A stretch of 56,863 nucleotides of DNA, counting the filler, from Sphacelaria rigidula (taxonomy: Eukaryota), in assembly GCA_964200075.2 (NCBI GenBank). It is 3 parts of 3 records of this genome, joined end to end, with 100 filler letters (N's around TTAATTAATTAA, not from the genome) between each part and the next. Parts side by side here need not be neighbours in the genome. Positions count along the whole stretch, not along the records: positions 1 to 18,890 come from CAXNAA020000769.1; 2 more parts are not named here. One strand, 5' to 3'. The number at the start of each line of letters is the position of its first letter. Positions within the stretch are counted from its first letter, which is position 1. Shown in pieces: positions 1 through 13,440 of this stretch. A program made the translations under genes and the position numbers. The notes under the pieces are model-generated. The model was not told the DNA's origin, made no database searches, and saw only the letters and a list, made by a program, of their open reading frames with translations.

Positions 1-2141
1 GGTGGCCCGGCGCTAAAGGGATGGGTGGTCGAGTGGTAAACGACCAAAGCAAGCAACCAAGAAACAACCCCCCCCCCCCCCCCCCACCGAAATCAAGTCA
101 GGCGTGAGAGATGCCCACATAGTAATTTCGCGTGGACACCGAATGTCCACGTGAACCGCGGGTGAGACTCGGTCACCTGTTGTTGAGGACGTCTGTCACG
201 ATGTTGTACACCTCCGGCCGCGCCTTCGAGTTCACACGATAGTGGAGAGCTGATGGATTCCCGCTGAAGCGCCCACATGGGTTGCGAGATGTTTCCCGCG
301 CACGAGGATCTATAGTTGGTGTTCTCAAAGTTTGGATCTGATCGACGCGAACGAAAGTACAAACCGGTTTTCGGATACACTGTACCTCGTGTAAAACATA
401 TTGGCATCACACTCGGTGGTGTAACTAGGCCATCTTAACATCGGTAAGGGCGGAGCAAAAGGTTTCGACGCCCAGTATTTACAATCCATCCGTTCTACTC
501 CCCAAGAAGTATATGCTTTCTGTCGTTGAAAACGTTATTCCCTGAGACAACGGACTTATCCAGAGGAACGGGAGGGCGTGAAATTATGACGAGAAGCACA
601 ACGGACATAACGAGTGACTCCTTCGCATCTCATCGATCTCCGCTATATCCTGCCTCCCTACGTAGCTGCCTCACGTGAGGTTTCTCCGTTGCCGTCGGTA
701 GCAGAGAAGTTCTTTACACCCCGCCATTACCCTTTACAACGCACTGCAAGTGACGTACTTGAAACAGCCATGGACACCATGGCGCCGATAGACCATCAGT
801 AGCTGCCACAACAGTATTCACGGGAACTCGAAGCGGCACGTACATGCACACACGCCCACACACACATATGACCGGCTCAACGCTATTTTGCCAAAAGGGT
901 GTCATCATTGGCGTATACACCCCTACACGGTCCGCCGGTGCTGCAGCAAATGAGTGGAATAAATGCCGCACGGGGTCGATTTCGACCACAGCAATACCAC
1001 GACCGTTGCACTTGCACCCACCACAGCCACATTCGGTCGAGAGTCATGAACATCATCCACTCTTCGTTCTTGAGAAATATTACCTGTACACCAGGGAGCT
1101 GGGATCTTCGCCCCCGATTCCCTCCCACCCGTCTCCAAAAGAGAAAACAGTGGCGTAGTCCTGACGAGGAAGGTTTGGTGTCAGTCGCAGCATTTGATTG
1201 TGAATTTTAGCAAGCATGACGCACGACAAGTTGGCGGTTGACTGCGGCTGACTGCGGCGCTAGACGGGATTGTGAGATGAAAAAATATCCACATTAACCC
1301 AGACACACTACAATGGCTGGAGCGCGGTCGTCATCGATTAATGACGCTCCACGTACGTGCTTACGCATCAAAGCGTGACCGCCTCCCGACTATTTTCTAT
1401 CATAGGTGCGTGTTGTGCTTCCCGGTATGACTTGCAAAGATCCGATAGTACTAATGTAGCGTTGTACCTCCTGCATGGCCGCTTTGTTGTTTTGCTCTAT
1501 GGCCGTCTTATCGTTTCGTTGCAGCCGCCGCCTATTTGTTGAGACTCAAAAACATATGTGAAAAAGGAGCTCAGGCTACCGACTTCCACCCCTGGCGATT
1601 AAGAAACAAGAGGGGGATACCGAAGCCTCACCTTGATGACCCGCACGTAAATCGCGTACAGTTTCCACTGCCAATGCAAGCACGCCTCCTCTTCGCTTGT
1701 TGTCAAACCACCCCCCCTTCTACCATATCCCGACAACAGCGCCGGTGACCCAAAATTGCACGCGGTCAGGGGTAGGCTCCGGCAGTCCGCTTCCCGCGTG
1801 AGCGCTCGACCGTTGTGGTACGCCGACAGTATCTCTCCAAACCTCGAAAATATTCCTATGCCATCTACAACAGAGGTGTTGCACAATTCAGGGGGGGGGA
1901 AAAAACTGGGAGTTCCGTCATCAAAGCGGGGTCTGCGCACGCGGGTATGCTACACTATCATCTATGGTGTTGCTTGAACATCCCCAGTCCTTCTAGCAGC
2001 AAAGCGAAGCGTTCCAATCTACAGCAGAAGGGGACCAACTCTGTCACGGAGCGAGAGAAATCATAACTGTCGTCATAATCTAGGGATGTGTGGATTGTGC
2101 TTTCTTCTTGCCCCTTCCGAATAGTGAACGAAAAATCACCA

Positions 2142-4189
2142 TCATCGATCCCAGTTGCTCCTATATAGCTGAACGACGGTTGACGATGTGACCCGGCAAT
2201 ATCCACCTGTTCGGTTTTCAGCGGGCTCGCGGGTCCTCTGCGTGATCGATGCTGTCGTGGACGATTGTGCACGTCCTGGAACAATCGCTGTAGAGTTCAG
2301 CACAACAGCTTCTTGCCGTCTATTTGCAGGTCCAGTTGGCGGAGAACCGCTTTTTGCTCCTGGTCCGGAGCGTTCATCGTCCATGGATGATGAAGAAAGT
2401 ACCCGTAGCGTGCGCTGTTGGTTCATATCTGCTGCACAATGTTTCTCCGTTAAGCTACATCGTGTTGCAGTCACAGAACTTCTCTGCCTCGTATCCTGCA
2501 TGTGGGCACCTTCCGACTTACCGTGTGTACTTTTCGCACGCGGACTTGTCTGCGCAAGTGAGTGATGAAAAGAGTTTGGTTGCGGCCCACCATCGCCGAC
2601 ATCTCGCTGGTCTCTGCTGTTTTGCGGAGATATTCCTGGCGGGTCATGTTCACCGACACCGAGTTCATCACCACACACCGGCATTTCAGCGCACAAAAGG
2701 CTACTCTTCTGTCCCGGAGTAAGTCCCGATGCCGACATCACTTCCTTCTTCAAGCAGCCTGGTCGGTCTTCACCCGCCGCATAGGCCCTGATTCTGAGGA
2801 CAGAGTGTCGTTCCGATGCCACCGAAGAGTTTGGAGGCGATGGTGATGGCGAACTACGCAAACGATCCGCCCGTTGCGAGTCGTTCACGGGGAAACGATC
2901 TGTGTCACCAACACCCGAAGCGCCCTTTCTGGCGTCGACCAGTGCATGTTGTCGCAGCCTGGTGTGTGTTTCCGTCTTATCTGGACCTGGTGCAACTGCT
3001 GACAAGGACGGCGGTTGTACATCGAGAGGGCTCGGTAGCTGGGCATCATCGCTCTCCTGATGAGCCACCACTTCTCCGTCCTCCGAATCGACTGCTTCGG
3101 TGTCCGTCCCAGCGTCAGAGTGAGAGGCGTCCGGTGTAGGTATGGACCGGTGGGTAATCCTTGCTTCCTTCTGTGGGAGGTCGGTATCGACACTTCGCTT
3201 CATTCCTCGTTCTGTGGCAACATGTTTCGGCGGGCATTGGTTCCCGCCAGTCGTATCGGGGCGCACCAACGGAAAGGCAACCGTAGTGCTAGCTTGTGCT
3301 TCTGGCTCGCGAAGAGGAAGCGCTGTCGCCGTTACACCAGCAGGAATAGGGGCTTTGAGATAATTCTCGGAATCGATGTTGTTTGTTCTGGAGGCCTTGG
3401 CACGGGTTCCCTCAAGCTTGCCGTATGCGTCTGTGGTCGGGACATTTTGATGCGGGCTCAAGTTCGTGGCAGTAAATATGTCCGAGTCATCACCATTCGG
3501 TACTGTCTTTGCATCACTCGCTTCAGTTACATGGTTTTTCGCTTCGTCGGCGCCCATGCTGTCTGCTTTTGAGGAAGAGTTTTTACGCGTATCCGGGCCC
3601 AACTGATCATTTTTCCGAGCGCGTGAAGAGGCTGCGGAGGCCAATGAGCCGTCCAAAGTACCAAGAAACCCCGTATCATCTGCCGATTTACCCGCCTCGG
3701 AGTCAACACGTTCTCTGTCCACGACAACCGAACTCGATACTACGCCGAACGCCGCGTCCTGTGCATCGCAGCCGCCACCCACTATTTCCACACCGCCATG
3801 AGCACAGTCTGATTCAGATTCAGAGCGCTCATCCTTCCCCTGGGTTGCATGCACGTCCTCGACGCTGCAGGCGCTGTCTCTCAATTTCTCAATGCCGCGA
3901 CCGCAAACTGGTCCAGAGGAACCCCTCTCGATCGACGTCATCTGGTGAGGGGCATGTTCCTCACTCCCCGCATGCCGAGATGACAATTCTTGGAACTTGA
4001 TTTCACTAACTGCATCCACGAGCAGTCTCGGGCAACTTCGCTGTTCGCTGCAGCTAAGTGCATCGCTTTCTCCCGCGCTCTCGCAGTCCGACGAAAGATC
4101 TCGGTCGCTTGAAGCTCCTCCGCTTACAGATTCGCTCTCCGAACTGCTTCCCGCGGGGTTCAAGATGGGTTCCTTGTTGTGCCTGCTGA
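2142..4189 (-). CDS. Very long (~2 kb) coding exon of the hypothetical gene, disorder-like S/A/D/E-rich sequence
   Basis: 673-codon open frame with no ATG start (track uses TTG). Phase-1 acceptor ctcgaag|TC at 4189 fits the upstream donor at 4387. 3' boundary uncertain (possible donor ACAG|GTGGAT near 2206). Confidence 0.7.
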
Positions 4190-7100
4190 CTTCGAGGTTA
4201 CGTGCCGTTCGACGATGCGGGACGGGTGACAGATATGGGCCATTTTGTTTGTATTCGTGCGAAATATGATATCAGGGCTCATGCTCTATTAGCATGTCAG
4301 GTTGGAAAATTTCACGGCGAAGCTCGTAGCCATTCTGACACCATGATATCACGACGTAGTACAACAGCATGGCGAGTGAGAGATACCGAGAGTCTTCCGG
4401 AGAGGGAGAAAGCGAAACGCTTTATGATCAGAAACCCGGGGAAGATTCGGATGAAACATGAGCCCGTCCTCTGTGATCGACTGAGTCTCACCCTTGACTT
4501 CGCCACTATGTGGTTTCGATTTGGGCGACGTTCCCGATGCAGTGCAAAAGTCTTCTCCGACAGCTCCGTCACACACTGGCTCAGGATTTGGAGTACTACG
4601 CTCGCCGCTCAAGTCGATGCCACTACCGCGTCCCCCTCCAGTGCTACTACCCATGCTCTGCTGCGCAGATGGTTGGGGGTCGTGGAGATCCTGACCATTG
4701 ACCTGCAATGTTTCGGGCTGCGTGTGGGTCGGGGTTTCCAACACCAAACACATCGATGAGGTTGAAAATATCACCACCACCAACACATCGAACATGGCCG
4801 TGTGGTCAATGTATTGCGATAAATTAGTTCTGTGGCGACGCAGCCGCGCCGGGAAGGGAAAGAACTTGTGTCGGCACAGTCGCCGTGCGAGGGCGTATGC
4901 TCGAGCCAATCCCCCCCCCCCCCCCCCGGCTGGTGAAGGAGTGCCCCGCCGTAGGTAGGAAAACTGCGCATCTTGAATCCATCTCTTTTCAAAACCTAGC
5001 TCATTATCGACAGAAAAAAGGGCAATATTTCACGTCCATATCTTATATTTTGTCGAGGAAACGAACGTATTTTTCAATAGCCATGTCCGTTGTGCAACGT
5101 GCCGGCGCGGCTGCTGTTGACTTGCGCAGACAGCATTTCAAAGTCGAACCGCAAGCTAAACACTGCAGGCTGAAGGTAGCCCACATACATTGATGACAAA
5201 TAAGACGAAAATATTTGGGGGAAAATGATTATAATATGGGTACATTCGGTGGATAATTACCATAGCACGGGTGAGCATACAACGGTATATTGGTGTTGCT
5301 AATTTTCAATGCCGAAATATCGCAAAATATTGATCACGAGTGCTACTAAATACAAGGCCTCGGATGGCGGGTGGAAATATCCGGGGGATATCAGGCTGGC
5401 CGCAACAAAAAAGATCAACCCCCAGACAAGAAGGAAGATTGAGCTTCGTGCTAAGTGGTGTACGGTTCGAGAATCTAAGTGCACACCGCTTGGGTGGTCG
5501 GTGGATGGTTGATGTACTGTACACTTCCAATATACCTCGAGTGCACCACTACTATGTTTTGAAGGATATTTTCATGTGAAGTTTTCGCCCGACTTCTAGT
5601 CCCTCGTCGTCCTCGGAACAAATCCGTGGCCTCAAGGGACCGACCCACCCCTCCCCAGGTACACGCCTTGCTCTTTGGTATCGCAAATTGGATCATGAGC
5701 ACCAGCGCTCACTCCAGCGCCGCGTCGACTCTCGTCAAATATACCAACTTTTGATGCTCTCACGTTCTCAAGTTTTTGACGACGGACATCAATCATTTAT
5801 CTCAAGAAAAAAGAAAGCATCTGCCCGGAATCCAGCCCGCGGTCTTCCGACGTATTGCATCAGCTAGACCACCAGGGCGCGGCGGCGAGGTTCATCTGGC
5901 TCGCTGTGGTCACCTTGAACACCCCTGACCCCCGCTCTGAGTCGAAACATGAATTGAGCGCGGAGGGCGCCCCTGCTGCAAACCCAAGCCGTGAAAAGTC
6001 CGCATTCCTGAGCAAATGGCCGCCTCGCTCGTAATGGAATTCAATCACACCCTGGACAGTATTTTACACTGTCAAAAAATTATACTACGTACAGTATGGA
6101 ATCTATTGTCCATTGCAATGCGCGCAACGGTCGATACTGTACGCAGTACACGTTCTTGACAGCTGTTGCCCGGGGTGCGAATGAATTTAAAAGGGTGTTC
6201 TATTTCGAAATAACTCTGCGCATACTTTTATCGTCAATTCGATTGTCTTTTGTACGTTCGAAAACTATTTTTTTCGTATCGAGAACATCGAAAATACTCG
6301 TCATTCCGTTCTCCCGTATTTCCTCGTCGGGGGCTGAACAGACGAGGCTTACCTCTCCAGCGTACAGTGGGCTTCGAGATGAGCACCTGTCGAGGATGTT
6401 TCTCTCGGGAAGTGATGCTTTCAGTAGTGAATTCGCATCCGTGGATGGGACAGCAGTTGCAGGGGGGGGGGAGGCGACGGTTGTCGATCTTGTTGCGGCC
6501 GCCGCACGCTTTCGTCTTGCTTCCTGCATGTCGTGGAAGCAATTAAATAGCACATCTTGGCGTAAAACCAACAAGGCCTAGTCTTCGACCGGTCGTGCAT
6601 GTAGACTTTGTAGCCAACTTGACGAGTGGTTTACAGTACGGGGCTGCGGGCTGTGCTACGAGGGATATTGTATATATGTAGAAAGCATGCGACCATCCTA
6701 CAATAGTATGTACGGAAGCTTGTGCCCGTTGGAGTCAAAAGTGCAGTGGTACCATCTCTGCGCGCTGTACGTGAGAGACGATTTGGGGATATTGGGAGAC
6801 CAACGTACAGTATTGTTTCGAGTATGCTAAGGGTCGAGATATCACACTGGTGCCAGTCGAAATCAGAAAATGTTTACAGGGAAATTAAAAATATGAGATA
6901 AACTCCAAGTATTTACAGCGTCGGTGGGTTTGTGAACACAACAATCGGGGGGGGGCTGCTCATGTGTACATCGTGTGCAACAGATACTATGCACAGATGA
7001 CCCTATTTCTGACGGTTTCCGGTCCATCGAGGACCAACGTGTGCGTGGGTGCCGGTTGATGTTAGTTTTCGGCTGTAATGAAAAGTAAAGCGGATTCAAA

Positions 7101-8906
7101 TACACTGATTTGGACTGACTGAGGAGCAAACCAAAGCAGTAGCAGGGTTCCTCGAAGTCTCCGCAAGGTTTGTATATTTTCTGGCTGTCGATCCTTCCCG
7201 GAGCCCGCCGATGAGCTCCATGGTTCGTCGAGGGAAACTATGAGAACCACGACTCGAAACAAATTATACTAGGCCAGAACCAGGTCTCTGAAAACTGAAG
7301 TGGCACCACTACCAGGTGATGTGGAGGATTCTGATCATCCCAAAGCTTTAGTGCGTGATGTCGTTCGCCATTTCTATATGGCCACAGGGACATGGCACTT
7401 GCCTTTTGCCTCGCGCGCTGCTCTTTCCTGGCTAGGAGACGGGCCAGAGAAGCTTTCCGTCTTTCCTGGCGTTCTCTTTCCATCTAGAATTTCCACGGGA
7501 AATGCTCGAAGCGTGAGATAATTCGTCATGAAATATGACGCTGAGCTCATAGATTGATGCATATGTCCTCGTGCTCTCATCATGCAAAAAACGTCACGAT
7601 AAAGAGGTAGTATGAGCGTGGCAGGAGAGAGAAGCCCAGCTATTCTACCAGCAATAGCCACCGCTAAAGCGCGAACCCCCGATACTGCATCGACGTTTCC
7701 AGGAACCGGAAGCTGTCAGAAGTCGGCAATCCAACGGCCTGCTTCGCTACCAGGATACACGAATGCACATAGTCTTCATTCCAAGATAGTTTTTTTTAAT
7801 TATTCGCCGTGAAACATAAGCGGACAACCTGCGAGTAGGATGTGCATTAGTGAGAAAAGCTCCCGTTCCTGGAGGGTTAACCATCATGTCGACTTTGTTT
7901 GGAAGAGAGTGAGGGAAGAGAAGAGAGTGAAGAAAACGAAGAGAGTGAAAAAATAAATTGTTCTGGATCGACGTGTATCCGGTGTGTTCGCCTAAGCAGC
8001 TCACCTGCGCCCGGCGAGCTTCGGCAGTTTCCCCTAGGTCCACGGTCCGCCGCCGTTGCTGCGGCCGACGGCGTCTCTTTCCACCACCAACGACGAACAC
8101 CGATCCCCAGTGCTTGTTGACGACATTGTTGATTGGAGGCGGCGGACCGACATGCCGAGGTTCTGCACCGGCGGCGTGCAAAAGGTTTGCCTTCGCATCG
8201 TTCACGATCGGGTACTTCAAGACGCCGATGCTATGTAACGTTGGGGATGGAATTTTCGGGGCATGCATGTTTTTTCGATCCTTACGAATCAATAACATTC
8301 TCTCCCGTCATACTTTCGGTCCCTCCCCTTCCTCGGGATGAATCTGTGTTCTCAAGCAATCAACACACCCATATCTGCCCAGCGAACGCCTAACATTTTG
8401 GTATCGCGAAATGAACCAGCAACACCGCATCTCCTGGACTTTCATCAAAAATAATCAGGGATGTGTACGGAGGAAATCGCGTCTTTCTTCTTTTTGCTCT
8501 GAGATCAACAGTAAAACAGGTTTGACGCAAAGAAGGGCAAAGCAAACAGCTGATGATGACGAGGAATCGAACCAGCGTGTTCGCGTTTCAAAATACATCG
8601 TCTTCCTCCCTCAGGAGCCCTTCGAAAAAAACAACCGCGGTTTGAAATCCGTGAAAAATTCGCTACGGATTACGCTGTAAATCCGTAGCAGGAGCCGTAA
8701 TATGAACCCGTTCAAAGCGGAATGTACGCGGATCGAGTCCCCGTGCCGGTTACTTTTTCGTGTCCCCTCTTTTACTCATATTTATTTTGAGTTCTGACGC
8801 TACAGTCGTTAATCCGTAAAACCACGGTTTTATCCGTACGTATCCCTGAAAATTACCCTGGTACCCACGTCCTCACAGTTTCAACGACGGAAATCAGATG
8901 TGTGTG

Positions 8907-8986
<80 letters not shown>

Positions 8987-11877
8987 CGTGCGTGTGTGTG
9001 TGCCATCCCATTAATTCTGGACGTCGGTCCACAACTTTCGGTGTATGTGGGCGCACCAGCCGGGGTCATACAGGAGGAACGTCAACACAGGATTTTTTTT
9101 TTCTTTTTTATTTGTCTTCCTTCTCCACCGTCCTTCTGCTGTGCTTGCTTTTATTTTTTATCGCGAGAGGGGTGCAGCGGTCCCTTTCCCCTGGTCGACC
9201 GAAAAGTCGCATTTTGTGTACCCACGACATAGTCGCTCCCCACTGTTGGGCATTGCGTGAGAGAAAATCCCAGATTATTCCGAGACTCGGACCCACGACC
9301 CAACCGTCAGAAGGTTTCGAGGGTACCAAGTGAACCACCGGGGCGATCGGTGTAGATAATCCTGGAAAAAAACGGGTAGTATTGTATTTTCTGGGGGTCG
9401 AACTTCCCTCTTCCGACCTAACAGACTACGAAGATGTACCACTTGAATTCAGACTACCGAAGGGCGGCGGCTGCCGTGTTCGGATAAAAATAAGCGAAGG
9501 GGACAGCGACTTACTTAATACATAAAAATAGTCATGCGGTGAACGGAACTATCCGATCCGGTCCTGCGCAGTGCAGCCGTGAAAAAAAGTGTAGGATACT
9601 AGATTGCTACCGAACCCCTTATCTATCACGACTTGGTAGGATAATGGAGAGGAGGGTTGCATCGTGTAGCTTTCGTTTGTAACCCCTTTCCTGAAAGTAT
9701 CGCTAACACCTATCAGTAGCAATTACAGCATTACGTCTCAAAACTTCGCACAAGGCACGCACTAGCCCCCAACGTCTTCCGCCCCGTAAATGGACGGAAG
9801 ATGGACGGAAGATGGAACGTGAAAACGTTTGAGCATCGCCAAGAAAGTTCAAATCGTTGCTGTTGATACGATAGAGCCAATCTTATTAGGGGAAAAAATC
9901 AAGCTGTACAAATTTATGTATATGGCACCATAAAGCCCTTTCTGTGGTCGATCTATAATTGCGCCTGAGACCTGTATTCCACGTTTTTCCAGTTCTGAAG
10001 ATATCATACTTCTCAGTCAGGTTTCTAGCTGATGGCTTTACCTGATACGTTCAACGATGTCCCGATGCTGTTATCATTGACGCCTAGCCCGGTGGTTGCC
10101 GTCGACGTTGGAACCCCTTTACTGTTGCTGTCGGAAGACCGGGTCTTGTTAGAAGGGGAAGCTGATAGCTCCCCCACCTCTTCTCCTAGCCTTGCCCGGG
10201 TACTACTCGTGATACCCTTTACATCTTTGTTGGTTGACGAGGACAAGCCATCGACCGTAGTTATGGGATGGTGCTCATCACAGTAAACTACTGAACGCGC
10301 GTGGTTGGAGGTCGCACACGCTTCAGAAGGGCTCCGCCCTATCAAGTGAACCTCGTACGCGGGAGCACTCCCTGGTGAAGAGGAGGAATGTTTTCGCTCG
10401 GTGTGGAAATCCGATGTGACTTCTATCGCCTCGCTTGTCGCGTTTATATTCCCTGGACAAGGAGTGTTTAGAGTAGAGCACCGTGAAAACCACAGCACGG
10501 GTGAGGCGGTGATCATTTTCTAGTCTTGTGGTTTTGCAGCCATGCGTGGCCCCCGCCTAGTTCGAGTCTATCAATGGAGTCCTCCCGCAATCAAGGCTCC
10601 CAGCGGATTACGTGAAAAAGCTTATCTGTGGATCCAACAGATTCAGGTGTGTGCTTCTAGCGTGATTGTCTCAGTATCAGTACAGATCGCGAGAGATATA
10701 CTCACGCTCCAAAACCAGCAAGTGTGTCGTTCTGACAATGGATGACAAGATGTGTGCACCAGCAGTAGGATGCCCAAATATTGCGACATGGCACAGCCCA
10801 TCGCTCATAGCCTGATACTCGAACTGGTGACGGGGGTTGAACGGAAGCCCACTTATTCGTGTTCCAAAGCCCCGGTCATGATGCGGTGAATTTTCGACTG
10901 CCCACATGGATTGATTTGCTTACCAGACAGAAGTTCGTGGACTCGTTGTCGAGCTGCTCTCTCCGTGAGGATTGACGACAGTTTCTCTCGTTGCCTTCGG
11001 GCGTAGCCAGCAAGAGGGTCTCCTGGATCCGAGGGGGAGAGAGGTGTTTCCACGCGTGGGTTTTTTACAGCTGGTTGGACACTCCAGCAATCCGAAACTC
11101 ACCATCGGCATAACAGAGAGCGTCTACCACCGCTCGGGTACGGTGACATCCGCTTAGAAGACGCCGAGGAGCGCAAACGTTTCACATTCAACTTTCTGAT
11201 CAATTCTTGTACGATTTCCATGGAAGAAAAAAAAGCGTGCCAGTATCCCAGGATAAACGCGTTCGGCGAACGCCAACGCCCTTGTCCCCATCCACGGGGT
11301 TCAATAACATCCCCGAGACGAGATGGTTGCGGGATTGTCAAAGCACGTGCTGCTTATCGTTGTTCTTGAAACTTGCAAGGAATACGGTGAAACGACGGAC
11401 TGGATGTGGCGGGATGTTCATGAAACTGGAAAGGAAGGTGTTCACTGTGATCAGCAGACGTGAGGCAGTGCTAGCTCTGTGGTCCAATGGCTAAGCTCCT
11501 CTTTTTACCTCATGCTGAGCTCGCGCGAGGGACGTAGTTCAACCATCACACTACAGAGTCCTCGCTAACGTCAACTCTAAGGTCTAATGCTTTGACTGCT
11601 TGTTCACCAGCACCATGCTGTCTTGACCCACCTGCCTTCTCGAGGGTTTGTCCGCACATAAGGTTAAGCTCCGCGAGACTAGCTCGCAGAATGTCGTTGG
11701 GTAAACTGGCCACCCTGTCTGGTCTGAGCAGTGGCCATGCCTCTAAGTCCTCTTCACCAAGATATCGTTCCTGCATCCTCAGAACAGCAGTGCTGTCGCC
11801 TTGCACCACCATGCCGAGCATGCGTGTACTATTGGGGTCTGCAACGGACATACCACGGGTGTAGAACGCCTCTAGAG
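2142..11877 (-). CDS. Large multi-exon gene, hypothetical protein rich in S/T/D/E low-complexity sequence (model incomplete at both ends)
   Basis: Exons read by eye with AG acceptors and GT/GC donors: 11632-11877, 10924-11070 and 10042-10452 chain in phase 1. 8005-8230, 7403-7483, 6353-6577, 5914-6051, 4387-4702 and ~4189-2142 chain in compatible phases (e.g. AEARRAQ|MERERQERR...RQK|ALLVLRQ...AGE|GVIEFHY...VFK|VNGQDL). A linking exon between 10042 and 8230 was not found. No recognisable domain. Confidence 0.55.
8899..9001. repeat. (TG)n microsatellite, the SINE tail
   Basis: Directly visible TG run abutting the SINE 3' end. Confidence 0.95.
8899..9350 (-). mobile_element. tRNA-derived SINE copy with long (CA)n 3' tail
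   Basis: Minus strand starts CCGATCGCCCCGGTGGTTCACTTGGTACC...GGGTCCGAGTCTC (A/B-box-like). Body matches the copies at 38.4, 40.4-41.2 and 41.9 kb. Ends GGGATGGCA followed by ~100 nt of CA repeat. Confidence 0.8.
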
Positions 11878-13440
11878 CTAGGTGCCACCGAAGACAACGT
11901 TTCGTCCCGGAAAGCAGAAGACGTATGTAGGGCAACGCTACGCAAAGGAACACGTTTCGTCGCCGGTGGTGCCGCAAAAGCTGTTGAGAAAAGGAGATCG
12001 GACACCACCCGCAACCTGATGCGTTCTTGAGGGGGGCTCACAGGTTGCTCCTAGCGCAAGAGACCAGCGAATGTCGACGAGGCAAGCAGCACGAGCAGTA
12101 GCGAAACATAACACGAAAACTGGTCACTCCGAAATGCGCCGCAGATTCTGATCGATCATTTTGGGAACTTTCATCAATTCACACATGCGATCACACCGTA
12201 CATGACCTGTCGAGGGCAATACCTGTGGAGGGTGTATAGGAGGTGATTTGATGGAAATCAATACAGCTAAGTTATTCTCGATTCTCCTGAGGCTATGTTG
12301 TGCGCATTGGCGACACTCACCCGAAAATAATGGTACCGGTTTTGAGGCCCAACACGTCACCGTGCGGAGGCTATGATCGACAATATTGGGGGAAACGTTC
12401 ACAGTATTGCACGCGAGCTCAAAACCCTAAATAGCTCGTACATGTTGGATTCGACACTCGAGACGCAACAGTTAGGACCTGATTTTCCGAGGAGAGGGGC
12501 GTACAAACTAGATGCAGGACTCCCTTATAGCAGTCTTCCCTGTCTGTTATTCTGCAGATAATGGCGTATATTCATCGCTTAACTTCATTCGAATGCGCCG
12601 AAGTACCTCTGAATGCTAACGTACAGTGAGGGGGACCTCCCAATGGTCGATCCGCTGGAGTGCGGTCTAAAAGGATACGATCCTAACTCTCAAGTTTCAG
12701 GTAAGAAATCCTTGGAGACATTTGTTCTGGTTCGTGGCCGCCTCGCGCAGCATCTCGCATCTCCCATGACCATATTTAGTTATTGCTACGACGTTCTTTC
12801 TCTCTACAAAGGAGAAGAGAGCGTGTTGTCCCAGTGGCGCCGCGGCAACGAGGAGGTTTACGACTTGCACTCCGGCAAAGTGATCTGCGTACCCGGTGGG
12901 TGAGTATACCTCTGGTGAATGCAAGGCTCACCCTACAGGTGACGACGCTTTCAGCATCTTTTTTAACTCTCATCTTCGACGAGACCGCGGTGATCAGCAC
13001 CGCCGAAGAGACGAGTCGCTGGAGAGACCCGCCGTTCGAGATTCAGCAAATGCAAATCTCACAGGAGAGGGAGTTTGGTGTGTCGAGAGATCGAGATTGA
13101 CAACCTTCATCACCCGAGGAGGTTTCTCATCACCAGGCTATGCCTGATACTCGACACGCAGGATACTACCCTCAAGAGTCGGCAACACCTGAAGGTCGGT
13201 CTATGTATCAGATATTCACTCGATTGATTGCTTGTTGTGCATGTACTGACCCGCCACGAATCCAGCCGAGGTCGAAAGACAGACGTAGTCAAGGTCAGCA
13301 AAACAGAAACAAGCGCTTAGAAAAACCGGAGAAATGAGGGATATGGGAAGGACAGAAAGCGCGAACGGAGTAATCTACAGAAGGTTTTAACATGCCCAGC
13401 GTCACACGTGTCCTTTCACATGCCCATGTTCCTGAACCGG

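Noticed and set aside
8900..9333. ORFs with VCVC/HTHT runs
   Set aside because: Translations of the (TG)n tail and SINE body.
11099..11548. Pseudogene or stop-codon readthrough (three ORFs in one frame split by stops)
   Set aside because: Stop density is near random and a phase-compatible intron (AG|GTGGGT at 11631 to cag| at 11071) removes the whole stretch.
12613..12903. Protein-like 96-aa plus-strand ORF (and the 98-aa ORF at 20362-20658)
   Set aside because: No recognisable motif or consistent splice context; cannot be supported without a homology search.
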